The position numbers were made by a program, and so were the translations under genes. The notes beneath the pieces were generated by a model, which saw only the letters and a list, made by a program, of their open reading frames with translations, did not search any database and had not been told where the DNA came from. This document shows, one piece after another, positions 9,201-17,726 of a stretch of 38,714 bases of DNA. How positions within the stretch are numbered: position 1 is the stretch's first letter; each line of letters opens with the position of its first letter. Origin of the DNA: an uncultured bacterium (lineage in GTDB: Bacteria; Bacteroidota; Bacteroidia; Bacteroidales; Paludibacteraceae); the NCBI GenBank assembly GCA_946183755.1, contig CAMHCZ010000001.1:1-38714 (forward strand), in the 5' to 3' direction.

Positions 9201-10346
9201 TTATAAATGTTTCACATAATCGCGGAACTGGTCGCCCCTGTCCTCGTAGCTCTTGAACAAGTCGAAGCTTGCGCAGCATGGCGACAGCAGAACCGTATCG
9301 CCTGGCTTGGCGAATGACTTGCAGAGGTCTATCGCCTCCTTCATCGACCTTGCATCGGCTATGTTAGGCACCACGCCGTCGAAGAACTTGTGCAGCTTAC
9401 TGTTGTCCACACCCATGAACACCAGCGAATGCACCTTCTCCTTGACCAAAGGCAGTATCTCGTTATAGTCGTTGCCCTTGTCCTTGCCGCCGAGTATCAG
9501 CACCACAGGAGTAGTCATCGACTTGAGCGCGTACCAGCATGAGTTCACGTTGGTAGCCTTGGAGTCGTTGATATATCTCACGTTCGCCACTGTGGCTACA
9601 TATTCTATTCTGTGCTCAACGCCCTTGAAGTCGGACAGCGCCTTTCTGATATTGTCCTTGCTCAGGTCCACAAGCTTGGCGCTCAGACCTGCCGCCATGG
9701 AGTTGAACTTGTTGTGGTCGCCAGGCAACGACAGTTCCTCGACTGGCATCACAAACTTGTCTTGATGCGCGTCGATGACAAGCTGCAGGTTGTCCACAAA
9801 CGCCTTAACGCCGCTCTCCTTCTTCATTGAGAACGGATAACGAGTAGCCTTGATGGTGTCGCCCCTCTTAGCCAGCTCCTTCTCTATCACTGGGTCGTCG
9901 TTCCAATAAATGAACGCGTCGTCAGCAGTCTGGTTCTGTGTTATGCGGAATTTCGCGTCGATGTAGTTCTGGAACTCGTGGTCATATCTGTCGAGATGGT
10001 CAGGAGTTATGTTCAGAAGTATCGCGATGTCAGCTTTGAACTTGTACATATTGTCAAGCTGGAAGCTGGAAAGCTCAATGACGTAGTAGTCATACTCCTC
10101 CTCTGCCACCTGCAGAGCCAGCGACTTGCCCACGTTGCCTGCAAGTCCCACATTCAGTCCTGCCGATTTCAATATGTGGTAAGTCAGGAGTGTTGTTGTG
10201 GTCTTTCCGTTCGAGCCTGTGATGCATATCATCTTGGCGTTGGTGTATCTGCCTGCGAACTCGATTTCTGAAATGACCGGAATTGACTTCTCGTTGAGTT
10301 TCAGAATCAGAGGCGCATCGTTAGGTATGCCTGGGCTCTTTATCAC
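9201..10346 (-). CDS. murD: MurD (UDP-MurNAc-L-Ala--D-Glu ligase), major C-terminal fragment (residues about 65 to end) of a frame-interrupted gene
   Basis: 381-aa ORF opening at GTG (VIKSPGIPNDAP...). Mur-ligase P-loop ITGSNGKTTT. The missing N-terminal Rossmann segment is encoded by the adjacent 10343..10540 ORF in another frame. Confidence 0.9.
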   Translation of the reverse strand: MIKSPGIPNDAPLILKLNEKSIPVISEIEFAGRYTNAKMICITGSNGKTTTTLLTYHILKSAGLNVGLAGNVGKSLALQVAEEEYDYYVIELSSFQLDNMYKFKADIAILLNITPDHLDRYDHEFQNYIDAKFRITQNQTADDAFIYWNDDPVIEKELAKRGDTIKATRYPFSMKKESGVKAFVDNLQLVIDAHQDKFVMPVEELSLPGDHNKFNSMAAGLSAKLVDLSKDNIRKALSDFKGVEHRIEYVATVANVRYINDSKATNVNSCWYALKSMTTPVVLILGGKDKGNDYNEILPLVKEKVHSLVFMGVDNSKLHKFFDGVVPNIADARSMKEAIDLCKSFAKPGDTVLLSPCCASFDLFKSYEDRGDQFRDYVKHL

Positions 10347-10540
10347 CTCGACTCCAGAATCTTAGACTCGCTGTGGTGTCCTTCCTCCCACTCTATGCCG
10401 TGCGAGTTCAATATCTCCTTGTATTTGTCCTTGATAGACGAACTGTCCGACACAAACACGTCGAATCCTTTTTTCTGAGCAAGCACAGCCGCTCCTACTC
10501 CAGATTCTCCTGCTCCTAATACTGCTATTTGCTTTGCCAT
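10343..10540 (-). CDS. murD: MurD N-terminal fragment (about 64 codons), separated from the rest of murD by a 1-nt frame break
   Basis: MAKQIAVLGAGESGVGAAVLAQKKGF... carries the GxGxxG dinucleotide-fold start typical of MurD. It ends ...HHSESKILESR-TGA, overlapping the GTG of the next ORF (GTGA). 65 + 381 aa equals a normal MurD length. Confidence 0.85.
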   Translation of the reverse strand: MAKQIAVLGAGESGVGAAVLAQKKGFDVFVSDSSSIKDKYKEILNSHGIEWEEGHHSESKILESR

Positions 10541-10564
10541 AATATCTTTTTGTTTTATGTTTAA

Positions 10565-11827
10565 TTATCTCATCTTCAATGTAATCAGCGTCACTGCCGC
10601 CAGTATGAGTCCGATAATCCAGAAGCGGATAACAATCTTGGACTCTGGCAACGCCTGCTTAGGCAGCTGGAAGAGCGCCTTCACTGTTCCTGCCGGCTCC
10701 TGGAAGTGGTGGTGCAGAGGTGTCATCTTGAATATTCTCTTGCCCTCGCCGTATCTTTTCTTTGTGAATTTAAAATATCCTACCTGCATAATAACCGAAA
10801 GGCTCTCCACAAGGAAGATTCCGCACAAAATCGGTATAAGCAGCTCCTTGTGCAACGCTATGGCGAATACTGCGATTATGCCTCCCAAGGTCAAACTGCC
10901 GGTATCGCCCATGAATACTTGAGCCGGAAATGTGTTGTACCACAGGAATCCGATAGTCGCTCCGATGAACGTAGCCGCGAACACCGCCATTTCTCCAGAG
11001 CCCGGTATGTACATAATATTCAGATAGCCAGCGTAATTCACGTTACCCGACACATAGGCAAGGATACCGAGCGTCACACCCTGTATCGCCGACGAACCTG
11101 TTGCCAGACCGTCGAGACCGTCGGTCAGATTCGCGCCGTTGCTCACTGCCGTCACGATGAAGATTGTCACCAGAACGAACAGTATCCAACCAGCCGCCTG
11201 CTTATGCTCGCCGAGGAAATCGAACGCGTCGGCGTAGTCCAGATTGTTGTTCTTGAAGAATGGTATTGTCGTTGTAGTTGACTTCTGCGCCTTCTGCTCA
11301 TACTTGACAACCTCCTCGTGTGTCACTGGGTCTGTCGATGAGCTCACATTCTCCCTTATCACCGCATCAGGCGAGAGATAGAGCGTCAGACCGACAATCA
11401 GTCCAAGACCAACCTGACCTATAACCTTCGTTCTGCCGTGCATGCCTTCCTTGTTGTGCTTGAAGACCTTGATGTAATCGTCGCAGAATCCGATGCAGCC
11501 CATCCACATTGTTGTTATTATCATCAGGATGATATACACGTTCTTAAGGTCAGCCAACAGGATGGTAGGCACGAGTATCGACAAGATTATGATAACGCCT
11601 CCCATTGTCGGAGTGCCCTTTTTGCTCATCTGTCCCTCGAGGCCGAGATTGCGGATGGTCTCGCCAATCTGCTTTCTCTGCAGATAGTGGATAAGACGGT
11701 TTCCGAACCATGTGGCTATGAACAAAGACAGAATAAACGCCAGCGCTGCACGGAATGATATGTAATGGAACATTCCCGCTCCCGGCACATCGTATTTGTC
11801 AAGAAATTCAAACAGGTAGTAAAGCAT
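10565..11827 (-). CDS. mraY: Phospho-N-acetylmuramoyl-pentapeptide transferase MraY
   Basis: 420-aa polytopic membrane protein. [10 protein letters not shown] and [12 protein letters not shown] motifs. dcw position. Confidence 0.96.
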   Translation of the reverse strand: MLYYLFEFLDKYDVPGAGMFHYISFRAALAFILSLFIATWFGNRLIHYLQRKQIGETIRNLGLEGQMSKKGTPTMGGVIIILSILVPTILLADLKNVYIILMIITTMWMGCIGFCDDYIKVFKHNKEGMHGRTKVIGQVGLGLIVGLTLYLSPDAVIRENVSSSTDPVTHEEVVKYEQKAQKSTTTTIPFFKNNNLDYADAFDFLGEHKQAAGWILFVLVTIFIVTAVSNGANLTDGLDGLATGSSAIQGVTLGILAYVSGNVNYAGYLNIMYIPGSGEMAVFAATFIGATIGFLWYNTFPAQVFMGDTGSLTLGGIIAVFAIALHKELLIPILCGIFLVESLSVIMQVGYFKFTKKRYGEGKRIFKMTPLHHHFQEPAGTVKALFQLPKQALPESKIVIRFWIIGLILAAVTLITLKMR

Positions 11828-11858
11828 TGTTATATGATTTGTTTGTTATTATTCGTTG

Positions 11859-13319
11859 TTAAAAGCAAGCCTTTATCTCTTCGTGGTCATCAAAGTGATG
11901 TTTCACGTCGCCTATTATCTGGTAGTTCTCATGTCCCTTGCCGGCCACGAGTATCACGTCGCCCTTGTCCGCCATCATGCAGGCTGTCTTTATAGCCTGG
12001 CGGCGGTCCGCTATCACTATGACGTTCTTCATCTGCTCGTCGTTCAGTCCTGCGAGCATATCATCGATGATAGCCTGAGGGTCCTCTTTTCTCGGGTTGT
12101 CGGATGTTATAATCACCTTGTCCGACGCTCTGACAGCCGACTGCGCCATCATCGGTCTCTTGCCCTTGTCTCTGTTTCCGCCACAGCCCACGATAGAGAT
12201 GAGCGTACCCTTCTCCCTACGGCTCTCGCGAAGCTCGTTTATTGTCGCCAGCACATTGTCCAGCGCGTCCGGAGTGTGCGCGTAGTCAACAATCGCAGTG
12301 TATCCCTTAGGCGCATGCAAAGTCTCGAAGCGTCCGCTCACCGCCTTCAGCGACGAAAGCACAGTCAGCGCCTGAAGGTGCTCCACGCCGAGTTCCACAG
12401 CCGCGCCATAGACAGCCAGCAGGTTATACACGTTGAAGCGTCCGATAAACGGAACATTCACTTCTGTGTCGTTGACAGAGATGAGCATTCCGTCGAAGCT
12501 CTCCTCAAGGATTTTTCCACGGAAATCCGCCATGGCTCTTGTGGAATATGTCATACGCTTCGCTGCTGTATTCTGCAGCATCACGAGTCCGTTTTTGTCG
12601 TCGATGTTTGTTATGGCGAATGCGCTTTTCTTAAGTCCGTCGAAGAATGCCTTCTTGGCAGCGAGGTAATTGTCGAATGTGCCGTGATAGTCGATGTGGT
12701 CTCTCGTGATGTTGGTGAACAATGCGCCATCGAAGTCAAGATAAGCGATTCTGTTTTGCACAACCGAGTGCGAACTGACCTCCATGAACACATACTCGCA
12801 ACCTCTTTCCACCATTTTCGCCAGCAGTCCGTTCAGTTCCAGCGGGTCAGGCGTTGTGTGTGTAGCCTCGACAGCCTCATCGTCGATATAGTTTATCACT
12901 GTCGACAAAAGACCAGCCTTATGTCCAAGCTTCCTGAACATCTGATAGAGCAGTGTGGCGGTCGTAGTCTTTCCGTTCGTTCCGGTTACGCCTACCAAAG
13001 TCACTTTCTGTGAAGGATTGCCGAAATAGTCCGACGCGAGTCTCGCCAAAGCAATGCTCGAGTCCTTCACCAAAATAGCTGTCACGCTGCCGTCTATCTC
13101 ACCGCCTCTCGAGGCGTCGTCATACACCACAGCCACAGCACCAGACTTCACTGCCGCGCCTATATAGTCATGGCCGTCGGAAGCCGTTCCTTTTATAGCA
13201 ACGAACACACTGCCGTCGGTCACCTTGCGCGAGTCGAATTGTATGTCTTTTATGTCTGCATCCTTGCCTGAGCGAATAGATTCGTAATCAAGATTGCATA
13301 TCAGTTCTGTCAGTTTCAT
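11859..13319 (-). CDS. murE: UDP-MurNAc-L-Ala-D-Glu--2,6-diaminopimelate ligase MurE
   Basis: 486 aa. P-loop GVTGTNGKTTT. A DNPR motif (ITSDNPRKEDP) is associated with meso-DAP-adding MurE enzymes. Confidence 0.95.
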   Translation of the reverse strand: MKLTELICNLDYESIRSGKDADIKDIQFDSRKVTDGSVFVAIKGTASDGHDYIGAAVKSGAVAVVYDDASRGGEIDGSVTAILVKDSSIALARLASDYFGNPSQKVTLVGVTGTNGKTTTATLLYQMFRKLGHKAGLLSTVINYIDDEAVEATHTTPDPLELNGLLAKMVERGCEYVFMEVSSHSVVQNRIAYLDFDGALFTNITRDHIDYHGTFDNYLAAKKAFFDGLKKSAFAITNIDDKNGLVMLQNTAAKRMTYSTRAMADFRGKILEESFDGMLISVNDTEVNVPFIGRFNVYNLLAVYGAAVELGVEHLQALTVLSSLKAVSGRFETLHAPKGYTAIVDYAHTPDALDNVLATINELRESRREKGTLISIVGCGGNRDKGKRPMMAQSAVRASDKVIITSDNPRKEDPQAIIDDMLAGLNDEQMKNVIVIADRRQAIKTACMMADKGDVILVAGKGHENYQIIGDVKHHFDDHEEIKACF

Positions 13320-13339
13320 TGTATTTCGATTTACTATTT

Positions 13340-15586
13340 TTATTTCAAATACACTGTGAGCACATCGCCTTTCTTGTATTCACCTCCAGCGTCATGCGAC
13401 TGTTTGAACACCTTGCCTACTGGCGCTTCAGCTGGGGCGTCAGTGTTCAGATACGACACCTTAACTCTCATGCCGCATTTCTCCGCCAGATAAACCGCGT
13501 CCTTCAGTCCCATGCCTACTACGTTAGGAACTCGTCCGCCCTTCTCCGTCACCAAACGGAACATAGCCGAGTTCTTAGTTTTATCGTAAATTATGCTCAC
13601 ATACTTATCGTCATACCGGCTGTCGCTGCTCACGACATCCACCCCAAGCGCCGAGAGTATCGCGTTCGCATCAGCCTGTCTCACCGAAGGCACTTGAGGG
13701 AAGAACGTTCTTCTGTAAACCATGCCTATCGTGTCCCGGCCTCGGCTCGCTTCCAGCTGCTTGACATGGGCGAACTTCGCTCTCTCCACCTCGCCGAACG
13801 ATTCCACAGGAAGGAACTGGATGGAAGCCATCACTCTCTCGGCTATCTCTTTGAACACCGTTCCTGCCATTCGTCCGCCCGAAGCCGCGCCCACCTTTGG
13901 GTTTCTCATATAAACAATGCAGGAATACTTCGGATTCTCGTATGGGAAATAACCACAGAACGATACCTGGTGCTTATATCCGATTTTGTCTTCACCATAA
14001 TCATATCTCGCTGTTCCTGTCTTTCCGGCTATTCGCACATATTCCGACTGCACCGGCTTGGCTGTTCCATGCTCATCCTCCACCACTCCGAGTATCATCT
14101 TTCTTATCTCCTCAAGTGTCTTATCTGAGCAGATTTTCTCTTGCAGCACTTCGGTTCCGAATGTCTTCACCACTTCGCCATTATGCTCAATCTCGCTGAC
14201 AAGATACGGTTTCACCATCTTTCCGTCATTGGCTATGGCATTATAGAATGTCAGCGTGTAGAGCAACGGCATCTTCACAGCGTATCCGTAAGCCATGGAA
14301 GCCACGTCGGTCGATGTCCAGTTCGGTCTGTCCTTCGGTCCGAGTATCTCTGGCTCGCCCATTCCCTCGAAACCAAAATTAAACTTCCTGCCTACTCCTA
14401 TCTTATGAAGCATATCGACGAAATGCTGGGCTTTCTTCACATTATCATACTTGTCGTATATCATCTTGCCCATTCCCACGTTGCTCGACCTCACTATCGC
14501 CTGCGATACTGGTATCACGTGGTTGGCATTCTCGCCTGTGTTAAAGTCCTTTATGGTAATCTTAGAGTTCACTTCCCATATTCCATCGCCACAGTCCACC
14601 GAGTCCGTAGGCTTAACCGCGCCGTCCTCGAGAGCCGCCATCATCACCGGAACTTTGAATGTAGAGCCTGGTTCTGGAGCATATCTGAGTGCGATTGACT
14701 CGACCTCGCGATAAGTAGAGTCGGAGCGTCTTGTCAAGTTTACTATCGACTTGATTTTTCCTGTGCTCACCTCCATCATTATCACCGCGCCCTCGTCAGC
14801 GTCAAGAGCTGTCATCTGTCTTCTCAGAGCCTTCTCGCAGATATCCTGTATGTCCACGTTTAGAGTCGTCTTGACATCCGCTCCATTCTCTGCCGGCACA
14901 TCCGCCCTCAATATCACGAGGCCTGCCACTTTCTCATTGTGTCCTCTTCCAGGAGTTCCCTTCAGGTAGCTGTCGAATGCTCGCTCCACACCATTCTGCG
15001 CACGTTCGTTCTGCGTGTTTCCGATTGTTATGGCGGCAAGCGAACCGAACGGCTTTATTCTCTTCACCTCCATCTGAGGCGTGAATCCGCTTTTGTATCT
15101 GCCAAGCCTGAACAACGGGAATTCCCTAACCACTTTGAACTCCGCATGAGAAATCACCCTGTTGTTAATCAGGAAGAACCTCTTCTTCTGCTGATAACCG
15201 CGTATGAGGCTGCGCTTATATTCCGCCTTTGACTTATCGCCGAAGAAACGCGAAAGACACAACGACAGCGAATCCACATTCTCATAAAAAATCTTGCCGC
15301 CATTGAGCCTAAGATTCTCAGCGCCGAAGTCCATCGCAAGCTTGTACTGAGGAATCGACGCCGCCAATATAGAGCCGTCGTCCGACAATATGTTTCCTCT
15401 GTTCGGCTCTATCACCCTCATTACATTTTCATGCCTGATAGAGTCGGACAGCGCGCTCCAGCGCTCCCTCTCGGTGTTCTGTATGCAGTATATCCTACGG
15501 ACTATCAACAAAGCGAAGAGCGCCATAAGCACATACAAGCCTATAGCCCTCAACCAGATTTGTCTATGTTGATCTTCCCTTGTCAT
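13340..15586 (-). CDS. ftsI: Class B penicillin-binding protein FtsI (PBP3-type transpeptidase) with C-terminal PASTA-like domain(s)
   Basis: 748 aa with an N-terminal TM anchor. Transpeptidase triad STFK, SSN, KTGT. C-terminal VPNVVGMGLKDAVYLAEKCGMRVKV...GDVLTVYLK resembles a PASTA repeat. Confidence 0.9.
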   Translation of the reverse strand: MTREDQHRQIWLRAIGLYVLMALFALLIVRRIYCIQNTERERWSALSDSIRHENVMRVIEPNRGNILSDDGSILAASIPQYKLAMDFGAENLRLNGGKIFYENVDSLSLCLSRFFGDKSKAEYKRSLIRGYQQKKRFFLINNRVISHAEFKVVREFPLFRLGRYKSGFTPQMEVKRIKPFGSLAAITIGNTQNERAQNGVERAFDSYLKGTPGRGHNEKVAGLVILRADVPAENGADVKTTLNVDIQDICEKALRRQMTALDADEGAVIMMEVSTGKIKSIVNLTRRSDSTYREVESIALRYAPEPGSTFKVPVMMAALEDGAVKPTDSVDCGDGIWEVNSKITIKDFNTGENANHVIPVSQAIVRSSNVGMGKMIYDKYDNVKKAQHFVDMLHKIGVGRKFNFGFEGMGEPEILGPKDRPNWTSTDVASMAYGYAVKMPLLYTLTFYNAIANDGKMVKPYLVSEIEHNGEVVKTFGTEVLQEKICSDKTLEEIRKMILGVVEDEHGTAKPVQSEYVRIAGKTGTARYDYGEDKIGYKHQVSFCGYFPYENPKYSCIVYMRNPKVGAASGGRMAGTVFKEIAERVMASIQFLPVESFGEVERAKFAHVKQLEASRGRDTIGMVYRRTFFPQVPSVRQADANAILSALGVDVVSSDSRYDDKYVSIIYDKTKNSAMFRLVTEKGGRVPNVVGMGLKDAVYLAEKCGMRVKVSYLNTDAPAEAPVGKVFKQSHDAGGEYKKGDVLTVYLK

Positions 15587-15591
15587 CTTTG

Positions 15592-15930
15592 CTATTTCGA
15601 TATCATGAACGAGGCTGTGTGAGAAGCCTTAAGTTCCGGGTCATACTTGGCAACAGAGTCTTCCACAACCGACACTCTTTTCATCTGCGTCAATTCCGTA
15701 GATATGGACAGATACTCCGACCTCAAGTCATCAATCTCTATCGTGAGCAGTCTTTGCTGCTTTATGCTCATCTGGCTTTTATACCTGGAACCGATATAAA
15801 CTAGCCCCAGTATCACGACGATAAATATTGTGCCGTACATTTTCCTCGCATATTTAAATGAAAGGAAATTGCCGTTCAGAATGGACTCCACGACACTGCC
15901 AACTATCTTTATCAATCCGACTATCTTCAT
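15592..15930 (-). CDS. FtsL-like small bitopic division protein
   Basis: 112 aa with a single TM helix (GTIFIVVILGLVYIG) followed by a short coiled-coil-like segment. It occupies the canonical ftsL slot between rsmH and ftsI, with 5-bp gaps on both sides. Confidence 0.6.
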   Translation of the reverse strand: MKIVGLIKIVGSVVESILNGNFLSFKYARKMYGTIFIVVILGLVYIGSRYKSQMSIKQQRLLTIEIDDLRSEYLSISTELTQMKRVSVVEDSVAKYDPELKASHTASFMISK

Positions 15931-15935
15931 AATGA

Positions 15936-16904
15936 CTACAAGTTAGTTCTCTCGCCGAGCCTCAATTTCGCGCTTCTTGAGCGAGGATTAGCCTCAACCT
16001 CGTCCTCGTCAGCCACAATCGGCTTGTTGTTAATCGGCTTGAACACCGACAGGAGATTGCCGAACTGGTCTTTCTCGCACTCGCCCATCGTCTGACCGTT
16101 CCTCATATAGTTCTTTACCATCCTGTCCTCCAGCGAATGGTATGTTATAACCGACAGACGACCGCCAGGTCTTATCACACGCGAAGTCTGAGTCAGCATT
16201 TCGTTCAGCGCATCCATCTCGCCATTCACCTCTATCCTCAGCGACTGGAAGATTCTCGACAATTCCTTTTTGTCATTTGGCCGCACCTCTATCTGTCCGT
16301 CATTCTCCACGAACTGGATTCCCAACGCGACCAAGAACTGCTTCACCGTTTCCACAGGTGCGGCGCTCCTCGCCTTGATTATCTTGTGGGCAATATTATT
16401 CGCATTCTTCACCTCGCCGTAAACATACAGCAAGTCTCTGAGCTTCTCTTTTGTATATGTGTTTACGATTGCGCTGGCAGTCAGACGCGCTTCTCTGTTC
16501 ATCCTCATGTCCAGCGGAGCGTCGAAACGGAAAGAGAAGCCACGGTCCGCCGTGTCAAAATCATGGAACGACACGCCAAGGTCGGCTATTATGCCGTCAA
16601 CAAGCGGCACACCGTCAGTCAACTCCAGACCAGCCTTCACAAACTCGTATTTCAGGTTATTATACAAGTATCTGAAGTTCGCATGTATGAATGTGACACG
16701 ATTGTCATCCGGCAGATTGACCATCGCCTCTGCGTCCTGGTCAAAAACAAAGAGCCTTCCTTTTTCAGAAAGTCTCCTTAGTATTTCCCTCGTGTGGCCG
16801 CCGCCGCCGAAAGTGACATCGACATAGATTCCGTCTGGCTTGATATTCAAACCATCAACGGACTCCTTCAGAAGCGCAGGTATGTGATACGGCTGTTCCG
16901 ACAT
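15936..16904 (-). CDS. rsmH: 16S rRNA (cytosine1402-N4)-methyltransferase RsmH (MraW)
   Basis: 322 aa. HIPALLKESV, SAM-binding DVTFGGGGHT, ADLGVS and ITYHSLEDR motifs. Second gene of the dcw cluster. Confidence 0.95.
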   Translation of the reverse strand: MSEQPYHIPALLKESVDGLNIKPDGIYVDVTFGGGGHTREILRRLSEKGRLFVFDQDAEAMVNLPDDNRVTFIHANFRYLYNNLKYEFVKAGLELTDGVPLVDGIIADLGVSFHDFDTADRGFSFRFDAPLDMRMNREARLTASAIVNTYTKEKLRDLLYVYGEVKNANNIAHKIIKARSAAPVETVKQFLVALGIQFVENDGQIEVRPNDKKELSRIFQSLRIEVNGEMDALNEMLTQTSRVIRPGGRLSVITYHSLEDRMVKNYMRNGQTMGECEKDQFGNLLSVFKPINNKPIVADEDEVEANPRSRSAKLRLGERTNL

Positions 16905-16916
16905 TTCTATTTACAT

Positions 16917-17384
16917 TCAAAAGCCTAAACCTTCGTCAACACGTCTCGCCGACGACATTTTCTCTCTCAGCGTCTTGGCGAAATCCGCAGCATTCATCTT
17001 CGAGCTCTCAAACTCGTCCTTAGCCCACAGTGCGAATCTATCCACACTGCCGACAAACAACGCGTCGCTCTTCAAACCTATCTCGTCAAGATATTTTCTT
17101 GGTATCAGTATTCTTCCCTGAGAGTCAACCTCAACACATATCGCATCGGAAACAAACTGCATCAGTATCATCTGGTCGCGCGGGTCCCATTCGTTCAGGC
17201 TCGACCGGAGTGTCTGGACTTTGCTTTCCCACACCGAACGAGGATACATCATAAGACATTTATTGTCGGGGTCCTTGCGCACGACGATAGACAAGTCGCC
17301 GTCCAACTGCTTCCTGTAAGCAGCAGGAACGAACACGCGCCCCTTGTCGTCGGTCTTAGCCTCTATGTTTCCTATGAATATCAT
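16917..17384 (-). CDS. mraZ: Transcriptional regulator MraZ
   Basis: 155 aa. Duplicated SpoVT/AbrB-like halves, each with the DxxGR motif (DDKGRVFVP and DSQGRILIP). First gene of the dcw cluster. Confidence 0.93.
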   Translation of the reverse strand: MIFIGNIEAKTDDKGRVFVPAAYRKQLDGDLSIVVRKDPDNKCLMMYPRSVWESKVQTLRSSLNEWDPRDQMILMQFVSDAICVEVDSQGRILIPRKYLDEIGLKSDALFVGSVDRFALWAKDEFESSKMNAADFAKTLREKMSSARRVDEGLGF

Positions 17385-17416
17385 TAGCCTTGATTTTCTG
17401 TTACAAAATTACGACT

Positions 17417-17451
17417 TCAACACAAATCCCCACTTTAAACCACCAAATATA
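17417..17451 (-). promoter_or_regulatory. Candidate mraZ/dcw promoter -7 box abutting three 10-bp-phased GTG[G/T] direct repeats (candidate MraZ operator)
   Basis: The minus strand reads TATATTTG-GTGGTTTAAA-GTGGGGATTT-GTGTTGAA. TATATTTG fits TAnnTTTG. GTGG, GTGG and GTGT start exactly 10 nt apart. The array lies 33-67 bp upstream of the mraZ ATG. Confidence 0.4.
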
Positions 17452-17694
17452 TTTATCGACAAATATAAAAGGTTTTTCAATAAGTTATCAACAAAATATC
17501 GACAAAAATAAACAGAAAAACTCATTTATAGAATTATGAAATATAGAATGTTACAAAAAAGTTTATGACAATATGGCGCAAAGTGGTGATATATAACAGA
17601 AATCAGCAGAAAAACACCTCACCCACACACCATGTTTCAAGATTGCGATTTTTTAATACTTGACATTTAAGTCTTTTTTCAAGGTGGAAATGCG

Positions 17695-17702
17695 TACTTT
17701 TG
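17695..17702 (+). promoter_or_regulatory. Candidate -7 promoter element for the acyltransferase gene
   Basis: TACTTTTG matches TAnnTTTG and lies 25 bp upstream of the ATG at 17727. Confidence 0.3.
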
Positions 17703-17726
17703 CGCCGTAAAAAACATTTCAACAAT

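Noticed and set aside
10343-10364. Programmed -1 ribosomal frameshifting as the explanation for the murD break.
   Set aside because: There is no X XXY YYZ slippery heptamer at the junction (sequence CTGGAGTCGAGGTGA) and no obvious downstream stem-loop or pseudoknot. An indel, real or artefactual, is more parsimonious.
17404-17510. Additional TAnnTTTG matches on the minus strand (17404-17411, 17460-17467, 17503-17510) as alternative dcw promoters.
   Set aside because: The region is A/T-rich, so the degenerate motif recurs by chance. None has a TTTG at the expected 19-21 nt spacing. Only the copy abutting the phased GTGK repeats is reported, and that at low confidence.
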